A stretch of 64,000 nt of DNA from Epithemia pelagica (GCA_946965045.2 OX337228.1:1054001-1118000), one strand, 5' to 3'. Counted from the stretch's first letter, positions 34,501 through 49,300 are shown. The notes: generated from the sequence alone by a model not told the origin. Numbers and translations: made by a program.

Positions 34501-35602
34501 TGGACAGGATGGAGGTGAGGCCACTAGGCTGTCGGTGGATATCAATATATCGAACAACAGTGGCAATCATTACATGGATCAAAATTTGACAGTGTCGACT
34601 CCACCTATCACCAGCAGTCGTTCGTTCGACGATTTTCATCAGCTTTTGGGGGATCATCCCGACCTAGTGCCCCTAGATGAGACTACTACAAACACGACAG
34701 CACCTGTTCTGGGAGATACCGTTCCGTCAATGACAACATCCGAGCCATTAAACCAAGCTGCTACTAAAACTAGCCGTGGGGTGCTTTCCGATAATAACAG
34801 TTGCAGTAGAACGCAGAGCGCACTGGACAAGACGTCAATTTTCTCAGCCGAAGTTTATGCCATGTTCGCCCGCGAATCTGCTATTGCTGTGAGTCTTCAT
34901 GAAGCATATCTTGCTTCGACCGAGTCCTCTGGTCAAAATCATCCAGAGACGTCGGGTCAGCAAGGCCGGGTTCAAGGTGTCCTTGCGGGGCAGAGAGAGG
35001 GACCTGAAGCATCGCATGCGCAACATCAAACACTATTATCGTCCACAGACTACCGAAAGTCTCCGGTTCCTCCTGAAGTGACGTCGTATAGCGCCATGGA
35101 AAGTTCTATTTTACAGGATGGTGCAACCTTTCATGGTCCTGCACGAGCTCCTCAAGAACAGCAACAAGGCAAGAACAGGCGAACCAGTCGATTCGTCGAC
35201 CAGTCGACCTCTTCACCTCATCCAGATCGACCAATATCATCCTCAGCGTCACATTTTGTTAAGAGTGATGGGTTGTTGAAAAAGAGCGGTAGCAAAAGGA
35301 AGCGGGCAAACATGACGGACTTTGGTAATACACGGATTGCACCTCCACCAGTGTCCTCGGCGATTGGTGATTCTACGGTCGTTGTGAGTGAAACATCTGC
35401 TACAGAACGGGCAAGTAGCGAGGGATCCTCAGAAGATCAAAGTGCAAGCTCTAATAGTAGCGTGGAAGACAATGATATCAATGGCGATATTGGAGAGTTC
35501 GAGTCGTTGCCATCGTCATCATCCAACCGGTCGGTTGGGTACAACACCAATCTATTCCTGGGAGAGCACCATGCTGGCGGTTCGTCACAGTCGATGTGGT
35601 AG
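31585..35602 (+). CDS. Low-complexity protein with a stramenopile Myb/SANT-like domain; intron 32995-33115 (acceptor tentative)
   Basis: LRSGKWTREEEVYADRLIELF..GVTLRSYLSQKLHCAPMRISKKF embedded in P/S/T/Q-rich sequence; donor GTAAGT in phase 0. Confidence 0.7.
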
Positions 35603-35997
35603 ATTTGCGGGTGACTAATTCCAAGAGGGGTAAAAACGAGGTGGATCTGACATCCAGATTGATGGGGCTATAAATTGGTGAACGTAGAAGCTACAGCTAT
35701 AAGAAACGAATTGATTCAATTGGTCAACATTCGCGGCTTTTAACGTATGTTATCCGTGCAGTTCCACAAAGACGCAACCGATAACTAGGTGTCCATTGTC
35801 CACTGTGGAGGCAAAACACACATGGGTGTGTCCAAAACGCTTATTGCGAGCTTCCCATCAAACGAATTTGATGATCATCGGCAGAAGGATTCGAGCTGCG
35901 GGTTAGCCTCCAGGGCATGACCAAAGACTCGAGCTACATGTTTCATTTTGGTCGAGAGAAATTCAAATTCTGGATAACGCGAACGGCAGGGAACTCA

Positions 35998-38900
35998 TCA
36001 GGCTGCGAATCGTCGAATGAACCTAGCAGTTACATCGCTTTCTGGTAGGGTTGACACATCATCGGTTTGTCTGTGCAGATCCCAAAGTTGCTCGAGAAAT
36101 TCACCCAATTCTTTAACGGACCACCGTGGTTCCTCTTGGTCTGACTTACTACAATTGCGACGCAAACAGATAAGAACACGCTCTCTGGCATCGTCACCCA
36201 AGTGAAAGAATCGGTCTTGTTCTTGTTGTTGGTGGAAAGCCGATGAGATATCGAGCATCAATGGCTCAGTGGGATAAAAGCGAAAGAAACTGTACAGAAG
36301 CTCCGTTGCTTGTGACAAAAGCGAGTGCTCGAATCTGCCGCAACATCCTATAAACAATCGCCTCAACAAACCTGTCCGCGAAATCGATACTCTGTCTCTC
36401 AACTTGCTACGAACCATCTCACTGTCTACTTCTCGGGGTCGAATCTAGGCCAAAAGCATTCGTGGTCACGTTGAGATACGACACAACATTATTTCGCAAG
36501 AACACATGCGATAGCATACGACTTACCAGGACTTCAAGAAACTCAATGGCACTTAGGACCACTTCTGAATCGTCTGCATTGAGGGCATGGACAGCAGAAT
36601 GAGCTGCTCTTGCGATCAGAAAGTCCTGCTTTTCCCCATGCCGCTTCCCTGGACAATTCAGCAGAAAGGTTGGGCAAGTTTGTCGCAGTTCTCGAAGCAA
36701 TGATAGAACTGGGCCAAGACAGTGGCAGTCGCTTTCACCAAATTTCCTCAAAGCAGGAGCTCGACTCTCAAATGCCTGCTGGCCTTGACCTTGTGTTTGC
36801 TCCATGTTTGTGTTTTCACCTGGATCGATCCATGTTGACCCCAGACAGGGCTCGGCGCTTGCGAGCGTTTGAAGGAGTATTTCTTGAAAGTTTTCACTCA
36901 CTTCTCTTCTGCTGTTATCTGATTGGATCATTCCGTTCGAAATGCTCTCCGATGCCGCCAGTTCTAGCGTTTCACATCCGTGAATGGAGACCCATACTTC
37001 CATGTACTGACAAATATGTTCAATATGCCTGGTGCTGCCTGAAGATGGTTTGCGAAGCATCGACATTATGATTTTGGAGGAATTAGTGATTCCTTCCATG
37101 TCAAATTCATGGGAGATAGACTCTGACAAAAACTCGCACACTGAAGAACAAACGCTCTACCGAAACGCAATGAAACGGATAAGACATGTGCACTTTCTGT
37201 TGTCCACTGTCCACGGGAACAAAACTGGCTTACCACATTGTCATTGTACTCGGATGCGATGACTTCAATACTTGGCAAACAACGTCGAACAACTGCAAGT
37301 GCGTACGCAGGCACATCCGCACGGCGGGAAGGTCTGCGTGATCTATTGCCTGCAACATGGCCATTTTCATCCTCCTCCATCTGTTCGTCCCCTGACTCGT
37401 GAGAACTGCTAGATAATGTCCTTATCAGGCAAGATAAGAGCCTGAGTTCTTCACCTATGCTTTCAAGAAGCTTTGTAGGACTAGACTCATCACTTGTTAT
37501 CTTGACCAACGCAAACAGCTGCTCGATAGAATCAATCACCGGCGAGGCTAGAGATTCAAAAGCTCCCAACTGTATGCTTTCATTGGAATGCATTATCGCA
37601 GTGCAGATTCCATTCCCCAATGGCTCGATGGAATCCAGTGATACGGGCATGCCACGTTTTCGTTCCGAATAGAGCGAGTGCCAGACGACTGCAGCATGAT
37701 CAAACGTGAGACATCCCATTGTAGAAAATAACAAACATCACAGACAAAACTTACCAATCAGAGCATTGAGGTTACCTTCTGTGCAAAAGTGGTCCGGTTC
37801 CACTGATATGATCTTTTTCAATGCCAGACAAGCCTCAAGCACGGGTGATGCCTGAGTGTCGCGGACCATTGCCTGTGCATAGGATTGACTGGATAGAACA
37901 AGCGAGTACGAAAGCGCAGCCACAGCAAGGTCTCCGGCACTGGCAATTTTCCCGCTACGATGAAACCAGACGGCCCACTGGAATATGAGACATGGAACAT
38001 GTCACCATGAGTTTCCATGTTCAAAAGTGTCTGCATTCCTTTTCTATCGCACGTACCTTTTGTAAGAATGATGCCAAGCGAGCAATCGCCAAAGGGTTTG
38101 ATGTTATGCAGTTGGTTTTCTTGGATAGTGATGCCATACACCGGGATAATTGATCCGCAAAAGAAACCAAATCGGACCCATGGAGTTGCGAGCCGACCGA
38201 TTCCACGCAAAAAAGAGCCGCTTCCAAGTGAAACGAAAGATTGGCCCCCGCGTCGCCCGAACAAAACTCTTCAATGGCCGATGTGCACGAGTTCAGATAG
38301 GTTTCACTGTCAAACTTCCAGCAAGCACACAACGCATCGGCAATCACATGTTCACGAAAATGAAGAAACTCGTCGATCGTCACTCCGTACTGGTCTGTTT
38401 GAAGCAACGACAGGATTCCTGCCTCGTTTGTATGATGTGGAATGATCACTTTGCGCTGTAGCAAGGGAAGGAGTTCTCGGCCAAGTGATGTTTGGGCTGA
38501 CACAAATTCGGATGTAACACCCAACGTTACGCCATGTATCTTAATGGATGGGTGGGACAACGTTTTAAACAGAAACTCAATAAGTCCATGTTCTGGTTGC
38601 TGTTGACCATCGTTCCGATACACTTCCAGCCATGCAGAGGCAACCCCACGTCCCATTCTCGCCAAGTTGCGACATACTTCCAAATTCCCTGCAGAGCGAT
38701 ATCATTTTATCTGAGAAACGAGGGGACTGATACGGCAGTACATACCAAACAAATCGACGACGTACCTTGCTTTTGGAGGTCGACAAAACGGATTCTTTGA
38801 AGGCCAATCGCCGAGGAGACCTCTTCCAGTATGGAAGCCATTTCCTTATTTTCAATGACGCGTAAATGTTCCGCACTAAAATTAGCTTTGAATGCGGACT

Positions 38901-40093
38901 CGCTCACATTAATAATGTGTCGTACTTGGTTCATACGGTCCTCCGATGTCTCTGTTTCCAGAGGAGATTCCATTGCTCGGTCAATAAAGTCGGCCATTGC
39001 CCCGACCACTTCGGGCGAATCGGAGTACATGATATCATTCAGAATGTCTACAATGTTGAGCTGTAGCCCGGCCGGATCAAACACAGTAAGTCGTAACATA
39101 TCCATGGGGAGATGCAACTCGTAGAATGGCACTTACATTCACCTTGCTCGATATATGTCTCAATTGCGGAAGTGTCAAGGTAGTTGCCCCGCACCATACG
39201 TCCAAAGCCATGAGAGTCTTTGCGAGGATTCTCGAGTTGTTGGCGTGTACAAAGGATGCACTCTGTTCCCCATTGCTTTCCAATTCTTCATTGCTGTCGG
39301 AAGCAGCCTCGGCCATGGCGGGGACCAGGACCATGGAGCAGATGGGGACCGAAAGCTGCTGCAGCATGTCCATGATCCCCGCTGGTGCCGTGGGTCGCAT
39401 TCCCTCCAACGCCAGGTGATGTGTCACCGACACCAAGGCCAGCACAGGAATGTTTCGGGAGGATGGTATGATCCATTCCGTGGCAAAATGGCGGACGGCC
39501 GCCGGTCCTGTCGCAACGGCATTGGCGGCAAGGACTGCACTGAATGTGTCCATGACAACCGCGTCGGCAAAGGCCGACGTGGGTGACGAAGACCCCTGCT
39601 GCTGTGGCGTCTTGTCGTTCTCCGAGGCCGCACTGCTCCGATGAAAGGAGAAATCAAAGGCAATGGCCGCAATTCGCCCCATGACAATTTCGCGCAACTC
39701 CAAGTTCAAATCAAAGAGCCACTGAGCCTGACTAGCACTGCAGTTGTAGTCCGAGGCGTTGGAAATGCAGGTTCGTACAATGGCTCGGTCCCCCTTGTGC
39801 GATCGCCTCGCCACCTTGAGCGCCATGCTGGCGAGCAATCGCACGTGAGGAACCAGATTGGCAAAGGCATTGTGCGTGCCGTTCTTGTCGACAATGCCAT
39901 TGCCATTCAAAGTCGCCTCGTATCGCTCTACCTCATTGAGCGCTTGATGGATGAAATTCCAGCATCCATAGGTCTTGGGGTTTTGAGGATCCATGACATC
40001 GAGCACATAGATCGAACTAGTACGTTCCAGGAATGCACGAGCTCCATTGTCTCCATGCAATGTCCTTCCTATGACATCTAATGCAGGCTCCAT
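35998..40093 (-). CDS. Karyopherin-beta family protein (transportin-3/importin-13-like), multi-exon
   Basis: Chain of same-strand ORFs with helical HEAT-like content (LFKTLSHPS, EFLHFREHVIADAL, LEAALFCVESVG) and GT-AG sites between them; ATG at 40093; exact exon borders not all resolved. Confidence 0.6.
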
Positions 40094-41015
40094 GTAGCGA
40101 TGATGATGATGATGATGACGAGCGCTATAGCCACCTGATCCAGTTCTCAACCGAGTCCAGCAACATACACCAAACAAGAACACCACAAACTGTAGAAGAA
40201 ATCCTCCACCTCTGTTGTTGCCGTAGACAAAAGATGTTGCTTTACGTTGCTCCGAAAAGATTCCTGTTGTCCTAGTCAATGGACCCAAGGTTTAGCAGAC
40301 ACAATTGGTGGGGTGTGGTGTAAACTTGGCTTTGTGTGAGGGATGATGTCTCTGTCTGACCCAATGGTTCTGCAGCTTTTGCGTCCATGTTTCGCACTTC
40401 GCACTGTGGTGACACCTCTCTTCATATTCCCCAGATTTGTGATGGTGTCACGGATCGAGACGATCATCGTGCGACGTCATCCATCTATATTTCTGCGACT
40501 AAAATAGAGTTAAGCCCAGCCTTCGCAGGGGACCGTCTTTTGTTAAGCACAGGGTCTGGCAGGCGTTGAGGGCATATTCACCATACAATACAATAGATTC
40601 CACAATCGATGGCAAGGATTCCCCCTCACAAGATCTGTCGCCTCAAAAATTGCTTCTCAGCGGCTGCAAAAGTCGTCACTCCAGAGGAGTATTGAGACGC
40701 TTTTCTAAACTTAAACACGACTCATGAGAGACTAATACCTACCGCTGAGGATAATGCCTTCAAACAACCCAGAAATGGCAACTTCCCTCCTCTGGTTGAC
40801 CACAAAGTTTTGTTCCATGATACATATAATCGTTCCAGCCTTTTCGGGTGGGACTTTAGTGCGTACGACCGTCTTACCCCTGGGACAAACAACAGACCAT
40901 CTTGACCGGGCGTACTAGGGTGATCAGACCACCATGACACCAAGATCAGAGTCCATAATAATTCAAGATAAAATTCATTTGTTGGATTCTTCGTGGCAAC
41001 GGAATTCTCCCGAAT

Positions 41016-42377
41016 TTGCTTCCCATCTGGTGGGGGGGTGGTCGTCGAGGCCATGCGACGGTTGTGGTGCCACTGCACGAGGATGAGGATGAGGACGACA
41101 CAAATGATGGAAGCCGTCCAGCAGGCTCCATGGTGGTGGTTGTGGGTGGGTATCTAACGAGACGACAATTTACCGATACTACTCTTGTAGGGACGCACAC
41201 CACATCCACCCATACGACGGATGATGGGTCACCTCCCGCCTGGCACTGTGGACCGAGCCTCACCAATCCGCGATTTCAATTGGCGGCCGTTGCATGTCAA
41301 GACTTTATTTATGCCATTGGAGGCTACGATGGACGTGTCGAATTGGATACGGTGGAACGGATTCCAATCGCCGCCTTGAAGAAGAAGACGAATACCACAC
41401 CCGAAACGACTAGGAGTACTACGAGTGGTGGTTGGTCTCGACTCACGGTTCGATTGTCGGAACGACGAGAGGCGTGTGCCGCAGTTACGGTTCACAATCG
41501 GTTCCTGGTAGTGTTGGGAGGATGCAATGGTTGACAGAAATTGGCGTCGGTCGATGTCCTGGATACCCAGCAGGAATCCTGGGTGACCCGGCTGGGTCCT
41601 CCTCTCACTGTACCACGCATCTGGCATGGAGCGGCCGTTTGGAACGACTGTCTGTGGGTGGTGGGAGGACAAGGTTTACATCACGGTGAATTGGATTCCA
41701 TGGAGTGTCTTTCACTTTCCTCATCATCTGTGGGAACCAACAACAACAATGCGTCGTCCATCTTTGCTTCGAATACCTGGACCGTACGGACTGACGTGTC
41801 CTTGGCCACGGCTCGGTGTGGTCATTCCGTCCTTGCCATACCCACCCACCGACACGGACACCATCGAAAAGGAGGACTGTTGGTGGTGGCGGGCGGTCGA
41901 CACCAATTGAATTGGTTATCTTCGATTGAAGTCTTTGAGGTCCAACCGCAGAGTAGTACAACAATTGCCGTTGTGGAATCCTTTCCTCCATTGACGATGC
42001 CTCGATTCGGTGCATCGCTGGTACTGGTTCCAGATTGCGACTGCTCCAATCTACATCATGTCTTGGCCGTGGGCGGCTGGACGGGTTTGCGGGAAGAGGA
42101 GAGTGTGGAAGTCTTATCCTTGCTCCTTCCACATTCGTTCCAGACTCTCCAGATGACCCGGACCAAACTCGAGCGGCAAATCATGAGGAATCGACCACCA
42201 ACCATTCCAATCACCACGACAAGCCGTGAAATGACACCACACAAGACAACAAACAAGGATTCGTTGGAATGCCTGCAACGGCGGAAATTGCAAGTGGAAC
42301 GCCTGGCCCAAACATGGTTGTTTCAGTTTCTGATGGAACACTACTACCCTGGCGGGGCTGGCAACAGTTCCAGTTGA
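41016..42377 (+). pseudogene. Kelch-repeat protein (six blades) with one in-frame UGA at 41532-41534
   Basis: Repeated GG-Y/x...W kelch units (IYAIGGYDG..LDTVERI, LWVVGGQG, VAGGR, LAVGGW). The two ORFs are in one frame, separated only by TGA. Start codon not identified. Confidence 0.7.
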
Positions 42378-43040
42378 ACGTGCCACCAGGAGCTGTAGTA
42401 GTAAAAGTGACGGAGGACGCCCTTGGTAGGCAGGTACGGTTCCGACTGCAACAGTGGACCCGGAGTCCATTCCAAACCAAGGGCAGCAGGAAGGGTATCG
42501 ACACTACCACACGGACCAGGTACCTGCATAGAACCACCAGGATCTTCCCAAGTGAACGTTTGAACGTTGAACGGTTGGCCTTTGTGAGGCCTAGGTTTGG
42601 AAGGGCCGTCCCTTCTAGCACCCTTCTTGAATAGGCGAATGGTTTTGACGGTTGCCTATTCATATGGTAGGAGTAGGAAGGGAGACCATGGTGAATAAAC
42701 TATAATGTCTTCTGCTATATTGAGGCTGGTTCTCCTCTCGTCTTCCATTCTCATCATTGTTCCGTTTCTACTTTCTTGACACTACGTAGGTAAGTTTCAT
42801 CTGCTCATGAGGTAGTCTACTCTACTTTGACAGACCTAGGTTTTAGCGGACTGCACGCGACGGCATGCGACATCCGCGACCGATCTGTCTGACCCAGCGG
42901 GGTGACGTGTGACGTACCACATCTATCCGACATACGAGAAGGGCAACGCAATGATACAGCAAGGCGACCACGGTGGAGGAGTGGACATAACGACAATTCA
43001 CAAACTATTCTCTCGTTCCGGACACCCTGAAACCACAAGA

Positions 43041-44148
43041 ATGACGATGAAGTCGGTGTTCGTTCTGATAGTGGCGGCCTGTGTAAGCCAAAGTCTTACA
43101 GATGCGTTCCAGATATCCTCGCCGTCGGTCCCACAACGACGATCGATTCCCTCGAGAAGGGCCATTCGAATGAGCAAGGAGGACAAGGAACCAAACGCGC
43201 TCGTCAAATCCGTCTTGAACAAGCAGATTGCCTACGATGAGAAAACGGGTCGTTTCTTTGAATCAAAAATTAACGAAGAGGATTGCGTTCCCGATGAGGA
43301 GTTTTGTGTGATTGATAAGGAATCGGGAGAGATGGTTCGTTTGACGCAAGAAGAAAAGGAACGCATTTTCTTGGACGCACTTCAGGTAAGCCGACAGGTA
43401 GTCAGGAATATGCGACTGCCTAAGATGTCCTGAAGGTCCCGGTGTGAGACTATGCTCAATGCATGGATTGCTCAAAACCCATATTTTGTTTTGTTGCTAG
43501 GCTTACTACACCACCGGTCGCAAGGTCTTGGAGGATAATGAATTTGATTTGCTCAAGGAGGATTTGACATGGAGCGGTTCATCGGTGGTTGTCATGAACC
43601 GTAAAGAAACTGCTTACATGACGGCTGTTCAAGACTACCTGAAAGGAACACCATCAATGTCTGACAGCGAATTTGACCAACTCAAGAAAGAGTTGGAAGA
43701 GGATGGCTCCAAGATTGCGGTTCAGACAGAACCCAAATGCTACATTGACACTGGAATTTGCAAGGTGACTCTGCAAGAAGACTTTTTCAAAACTAACCTC
43801 TTGTATCTCCCCTCCGTCTTGGCCATTCTCACTGTTTGGCTGGGACTTGCTTACGAACTCTTTGTCCCTATTTTGGGATTCTCTCGAATCAATCCCTTGC
43901 TCCTGTTGGTGGTGGGATCTCCCATTATCTACGCCGGAAGCAAGGCAATTACAGAAAACTTGTTGTTTGAGAATTTCAAAGTTGCGCGGGGTCCTTGTCC
44001 GAGCTGCAACTATGAAAACACGGTGTTCTTTGGAAACATTTTGGGTGTGGAAGGATTTGACGACCTGGCACAAGTCAAATGTCCGAATTGCAAGACGGTC
44101 TTCAACGTACAAAGAAACTCCTTGCGTGCCTCGACCCTTCCAAAGTAG
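43041..44148 (+). CDS. PGRL1: PGR5-like protein 1 (thylakoid); intron 43386-43500
   Basis: Signal peptide plus AF-type cleavage motif (SLTDAF-QISS); EKERIFLDALQ-AYY..EDNEFDLLKEDL.WSGS; MSDSEFDQLK.ELEEDGS; two TM helices; GPCPSC and CPNC cysteines. Confidence 0.92.
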
Positions 44149-44655
44149 AATGAATCCCAAGAGAGAAGGTTTTCACCAAGACAGGGAACTTTCATGTGCC
44201 ACATTTTCTCCCCTTACTTTTGTCACGAGCCGTTTGGTGGCGGCGCGAACGAACCCTCACCGTTGTTGCACCATATCTCATTGATATAAAAGAAAGCTGT
44301 TAGCCGAATAAAACTCTATAGAACATGTCTATTGCTAGCTGGTGATTAACAAGCCCAATCCATGCTTTCTATTGTGGGATAACAAGCTTGAGACATGAGA
44401 AAGTGAGGTACCTGTTGATGTTGGAAATGATTCACAATGGTACATCATAGAATGAAGTATACATGCTATCATCAATTAAAATTACAACAACAAAACTGGG
44501 TTCGGATCCTTCATGGCAAACCACCGAGAGAAAGATGCGCAGACACTATCTTTGCGGCCAGAAAGGGCGTCGTCCACGTGCTTCCACTCCAGATGTATGC
44601 CACGATGCAGGATGCAACACCAAAAGAGGCAAAGGGGTGCTCTCGTCGAGTCCTG

Positions 44656-45716
44656 TCAGGTATATAGTACCAGCAAAAGAAGGACAATGGCGGTGATAAA
44701 GAGAATGGCAATCGTACATAATTGAAATCGATCCTTGGTACCCAAAAAGTCGGACAACTTCCCCATGACAACGCCCAATTGTTCCTCGGCTTCTATCAGA
44801 TCCGATTCCATCTCATCCAACATTTTCCCCTGCTGACCAATTTCTTCATGAATATTTTCGGCCATGGTTCCCACGCGCGAGACGGCAGCATCCAACTGAT
44901 CCAGTGTCTCGTCTTGATGTTGACGATGTTGATGCAACAAGAGAGACTCTCGTTGGTGATTGGTATAGCTGTTGTTGTGTTGATTGGATCCATTGCTTAA
45001 ATGGCTGTTGTTGGTATTGCTACCCGGTCCATCGGCTTCTCCATTTGTCGACAACATGTTGTAATGGCTTTTGGGAGAGGCTGTGGCGGATGAGGATAAT
45101 GTGGTGGTCGCAGTCGAGGTTACTCTTTGTTTGGCTTGATTCAGTCTATCTTGACATGCTTTGGAAAAACATTGTCGTTCATACAGTTCATTTGGTGGTA
45201 ATTGTGATGACCCACTGCTCAGTTGCACACAGGTATCCAAGTCATTGTAGGTTAACGAGGCATCTTTGATGCTCTTTTTCAAACTCTTTTTCACATTTCT
45301 CAGTTTGGTATTGTCCTGTACAAAAGAAGAAACAATTAGGTCTCTTGATATTCGCAAACAGATTCGACGCTCGAAGACAACGCAGTATCCGACACCAAGA
45401 TAGACCCAAGAAAAGCAAAAAGCATCCACACCTTCCTCTCTTCCGTTTTCCGGAATTCTAAGATCCACACTCCTTGTTGTTGTATGCGGGGAAGCNNNNN
45501 NNNNNNNNNNNNNNNNNNNNNNNNNNNNNNNNNNNNNNNNNNNNNNNNNNNNNNNNNNNNNNNNNNNNNNNNNNNNNNNNNNNNNNNNNNNNNNNNNNNN
45601 NNNNNNNNNNNNNNNNNNNNNNNNNNNNNNNNNNNNNNNNNNNNNNNNNNNNNNNNNNNNNNNNNNNNNNNNNNNNNNNNNNNNNNNNNNNNNNNCGTCA
45701 AGGGTGCACCAGACAT
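44656..45716 (-). CDS. Syntaxin-6/SYP61-like Qc-SNARE; spans assembly gap; probable intron 45316-45431
   Basis: SNARE motif QDETLDQLDAAVSRVGTMAENIHEEIGQQGKMLDEM, C-terminal TM anchor QLCTIAILF..LLVLYT, Syntaxin-6_N-like helices; probable ATG at 45716. Confidence 0.82.
45496..45695. other. Assembly gap (200 N)
   Basis: Run of N. Confidence 1.
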
Positions 45717-46332
45717 TGGTTTGTGCGTTTGTGAAATGGCCTGGTCTTGTTTGAGAATTGGCACCACTCGCTTTATCGTAATAATCTGATAGAGATGCTT
45801 TGTTGTTGTTGTTGTCGGCCCAAAACAAAGAGAAGCCTTCCGTCCGTTTTTGCCGCCGTTGAAAGATGCACGTCACAACAGACACCTCGTACCTCGTACT
45901 CGTACCTCGTGGGCGCGTGTGTCGTGCGGCCGTTTCCCGTTTCAGTCTTGGTCACGTGTCGTTGGCACATTGAGGGAAAAGTACTGAAAATACCGGGAAA
46001 AGCTTTATCCAGTGTTTTCACCGGACATGAGGAGGAGTACTCTCGAGTGTCAAGACATAACTATCGTCGTTTAGTGGTTTAAGTATTAACATACCATTAA
46101 AGATGAGATGTAATACCAGTAGTACGTGCACTCGAGCGACAGGATGCGACACACCGGAGACGCCCATCTTCGCCACGGGTTGTTCGAGAGAGAAAAACCG
46201 ACGAGAACGGTGTGGAAGAACCAAAAAAACCAAAAGAGCGCACACCGAAGAGGTTCCAGAGGAGCAGAAAGGACAACCCTTTAGCAACAACGGGTGTGTG
46301 TGGTCCATCTGTTGGAGTGTGAAGAAGAAACC

Positions 46333-49300
46333 ATGACACGCCCCATGCCAATTCACTATCCGGGACGTGACCTTCGAACCGAGCCTCATGAATCGGAACC
46401 AACTCATGGTTCGTACGATCCCAGCACGTACGATGCCGCTCACAACAGCAACAACCCACTCTTGTGGGAAGACGCCGAAGATCAATTCCATCAACGGTTG
46501 GCGAGACGGAGTGGGGGAAATAGTAATGGGGGTGGTACTTCCAATAGTGGAAACAGCTTTTGGCGGACTTCAAGAGGCCTTGGTTCCAACAACACTAACA
46601 ACAACAACGCGGCATTGAGTACTCCGAGAAACAACAACAATAATGCACCGACCTCAAATGACAATCCCACTCCAATGACTCCGACATTTAGCAGCATGAG
46701 TCTTCACACAGGCAGTGGGCCCTCGCTGGGAGGAGGAGGAGGTGGAGGTCTTTTGGGTGCTGCTCTACAATCCCACAATTCACAACACTATATGGACACG
46801 GTAAGGCCCCTGGAACCTCATTTCTGCAAAATGCTGTGAAAACGCTGAGACTTACCTCTGGTACGGCGTCTTGTTTGATTTTTTATGGAATCCTCGTCAA
46901 CAGCAACAACAGTGGAGTGATGAAGATGCACATCCCCCGATCAACAGTGGTCGTCGGCGGAGGGATGTCCCGGACCATAATCGAAGCGCTGGTAGCCGTG
47001 ATTCCCTAAATGGGACCGATCGCGATTCGGCAAAGAAACAACGAGATCAGCAGAGACGGGCAGAAGCACGGTTGAAACGAGAAAGCTTTGCAAATCAAGT
47101 GGAAGCAGGTCACCTAGCGGGCGGCGATGATCATTTGGTGGACTCGGTTCCACCCGCCGGCGTCTTTGCGGATCTCATGCGGCACAACTCCAGTGGCGGC
47201 ACGGCATTGGAACGTTCCACTAGTGATCAATCTACTGGATCTATCCTTTATGGGAAAGCGCCCAATCCAGCATTGTTGGCCAAAACGGCATCCCTCATTT
47301 TCCCCACAGGCGTGGAGGCATCTTCGGGCGATTGTTCCGGTAGTAGCGTTGTGTTCCCCACGGCCAGTGGCGGTGGTGGGTATCAACACAGCAACAGTAC
47401 CGGCAGTATGAGTCATGAATCCAGTGATGCCAAACTACGCAAAATCAATTTACTCTTGGATCAATGTGAATCGGTCCGTTTCCCCTTTAAGAAAAAGTTG
47501 ATGCTTTGCAATTTGGACATTACCACGTTCGATATTCCGCTCAACTACCTGTGTGGGACACCCTTGGGGAAAACATTGCACAAATTGTCCTTGTCGGGGA
47601 ATCCTTTGGGGTCCATACCGGATATGCTCGTACAATCCCTACCGAGTCTACAGCATTTGGATCTTTCTCAGTGTCGTTTGCACAGTTTACCAAAAGAATG
47701 GAACTTGCCACAGCTCAAGAAGCTTGTGCTCTCGAATAATTCATTAAGAGATTTTCCAGAAGAGGTAAGCAAGAATGGACCGGTGGTCGCCCGTTTCATC
47801 ACTCCAGTCCTTCTCACGCCTTGTTTGAACAAACGTTTGTAGGGAATGCTGGCTGGACTTAGAGAGCTCAAAGATTTGGACATGTTTGGAAACAAGATAT
47901 CGGTCATTGTTGTTCCTCACAACCATTCGCTATTGTCCAAATTGGAAATTTTGAACCTTGGCTACAATGACATTTCGTACCTGCCGGATGAATTGGATCA
48001 ATTGCGTTCCCTTCGTGTTCTGAAGGTCCGCAACAATTTTCTCTCAAAAGTTCCGATGCGAGTTTGTGATATGGATCTCAAGTCCATTGAGGTTTCTTCC
48101 AATCCAATCAGCGTCCCACCCCTGGAGACCTGTGAACGAGGCATTGGCAGTATGAAACGTTATTATCAGCAAGTCCGTTTGGAAGACCAATCCAAAAACA
48201 GGACGGTTGAAGAATCCCATCGTCGAGGTGACCGCGGAAAAGGAAAAAAAGATTCCAAGAAAAAGTACAGTGGTTTTATGAAAAATCTCACTCTCTCCAA
48301 GTCGCCCGCAGCAGGAATCAAGAAGCAATCTTCTTCTCCCAGTGTTCTTCCTTCGTCAGCTTCAGCAATCCCCCTGACACAAACCAAAGCGAACCTCACT
48401 GTGGGTGCCAAGCAGCCAGAGACTCCCGATGACATTCCTCGTGAAGCGATTGTGAAAGCAACGCCGGCAACCGAATGGTCGGATGAACATGGTGTCATTG
48501 CTACCGATGCGGATGTGACAGACATTATGGTGGACAAACCACAAGAAATCACCGTGAACGATACTCTCAAGGTTATATTTGTGGGTATGGCAATGGTAGG
48601 AAAGACCAGCATGATCAAGAGATTGATTGAAGGCCGGAATGCCGTTATTCCTACACTTGACGAAAGAACGGTGGGTGTTGATATCTACGCATGGGACCCC
48701 AAACAGGACAAGCGGTTTGAGCATATTGATTCACGCATCCAATTTGAGGACAAGGAATTGGCACAAACCTGCGGTGATGTAGACGTAAAGTTCAGTGTGT
48801 GGGACTTTGCTGGTCAGCATGTGTACCATGCGACGCATGAGCTGTTCTTTTCTTCCAATGCTCTCTATGTTCTTGTTTGGGATATGGGTGCGACGAACAA
48901 AGACACCCTAAAACGGAAACCGTCCCATTTGGACGAACAGGGTGATTTCAAACTAAGTTACGATTCCGAGTCAGACAATGAAGGCGATGAACGTGATGGC
49001 GAAGATCGCAGTAGTGACGGGTTTTGTGCCGAGGAAGATGCACGGCGTGCGGATCGTGCGCTAGAACGCGACATTGACGAAAAGATTCAGTTTTGGGTGG
49101 ATTGCATTCAAAGCAGTGCACCCGGTGCTGCGATTTTACCAGTCGCGTCGCATGCTGACTACTTTGAAAGCAACGGAGGGCAAACTGAGGCGAAACGTAG
49201 ATGCAACATGCTGAAAGATCGACTGAATAGGCACGAGCAACAGCGCATTCAAGGAATCCAGCGTCGATTGCAGGAGTACAAAGACCAGAATCGCGCCGGT

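Noticed and set aside
42269-42634. Overlapping ORF that might extend the kelch protein by frameshift
   Set aside because: No slippery site or homology evident.
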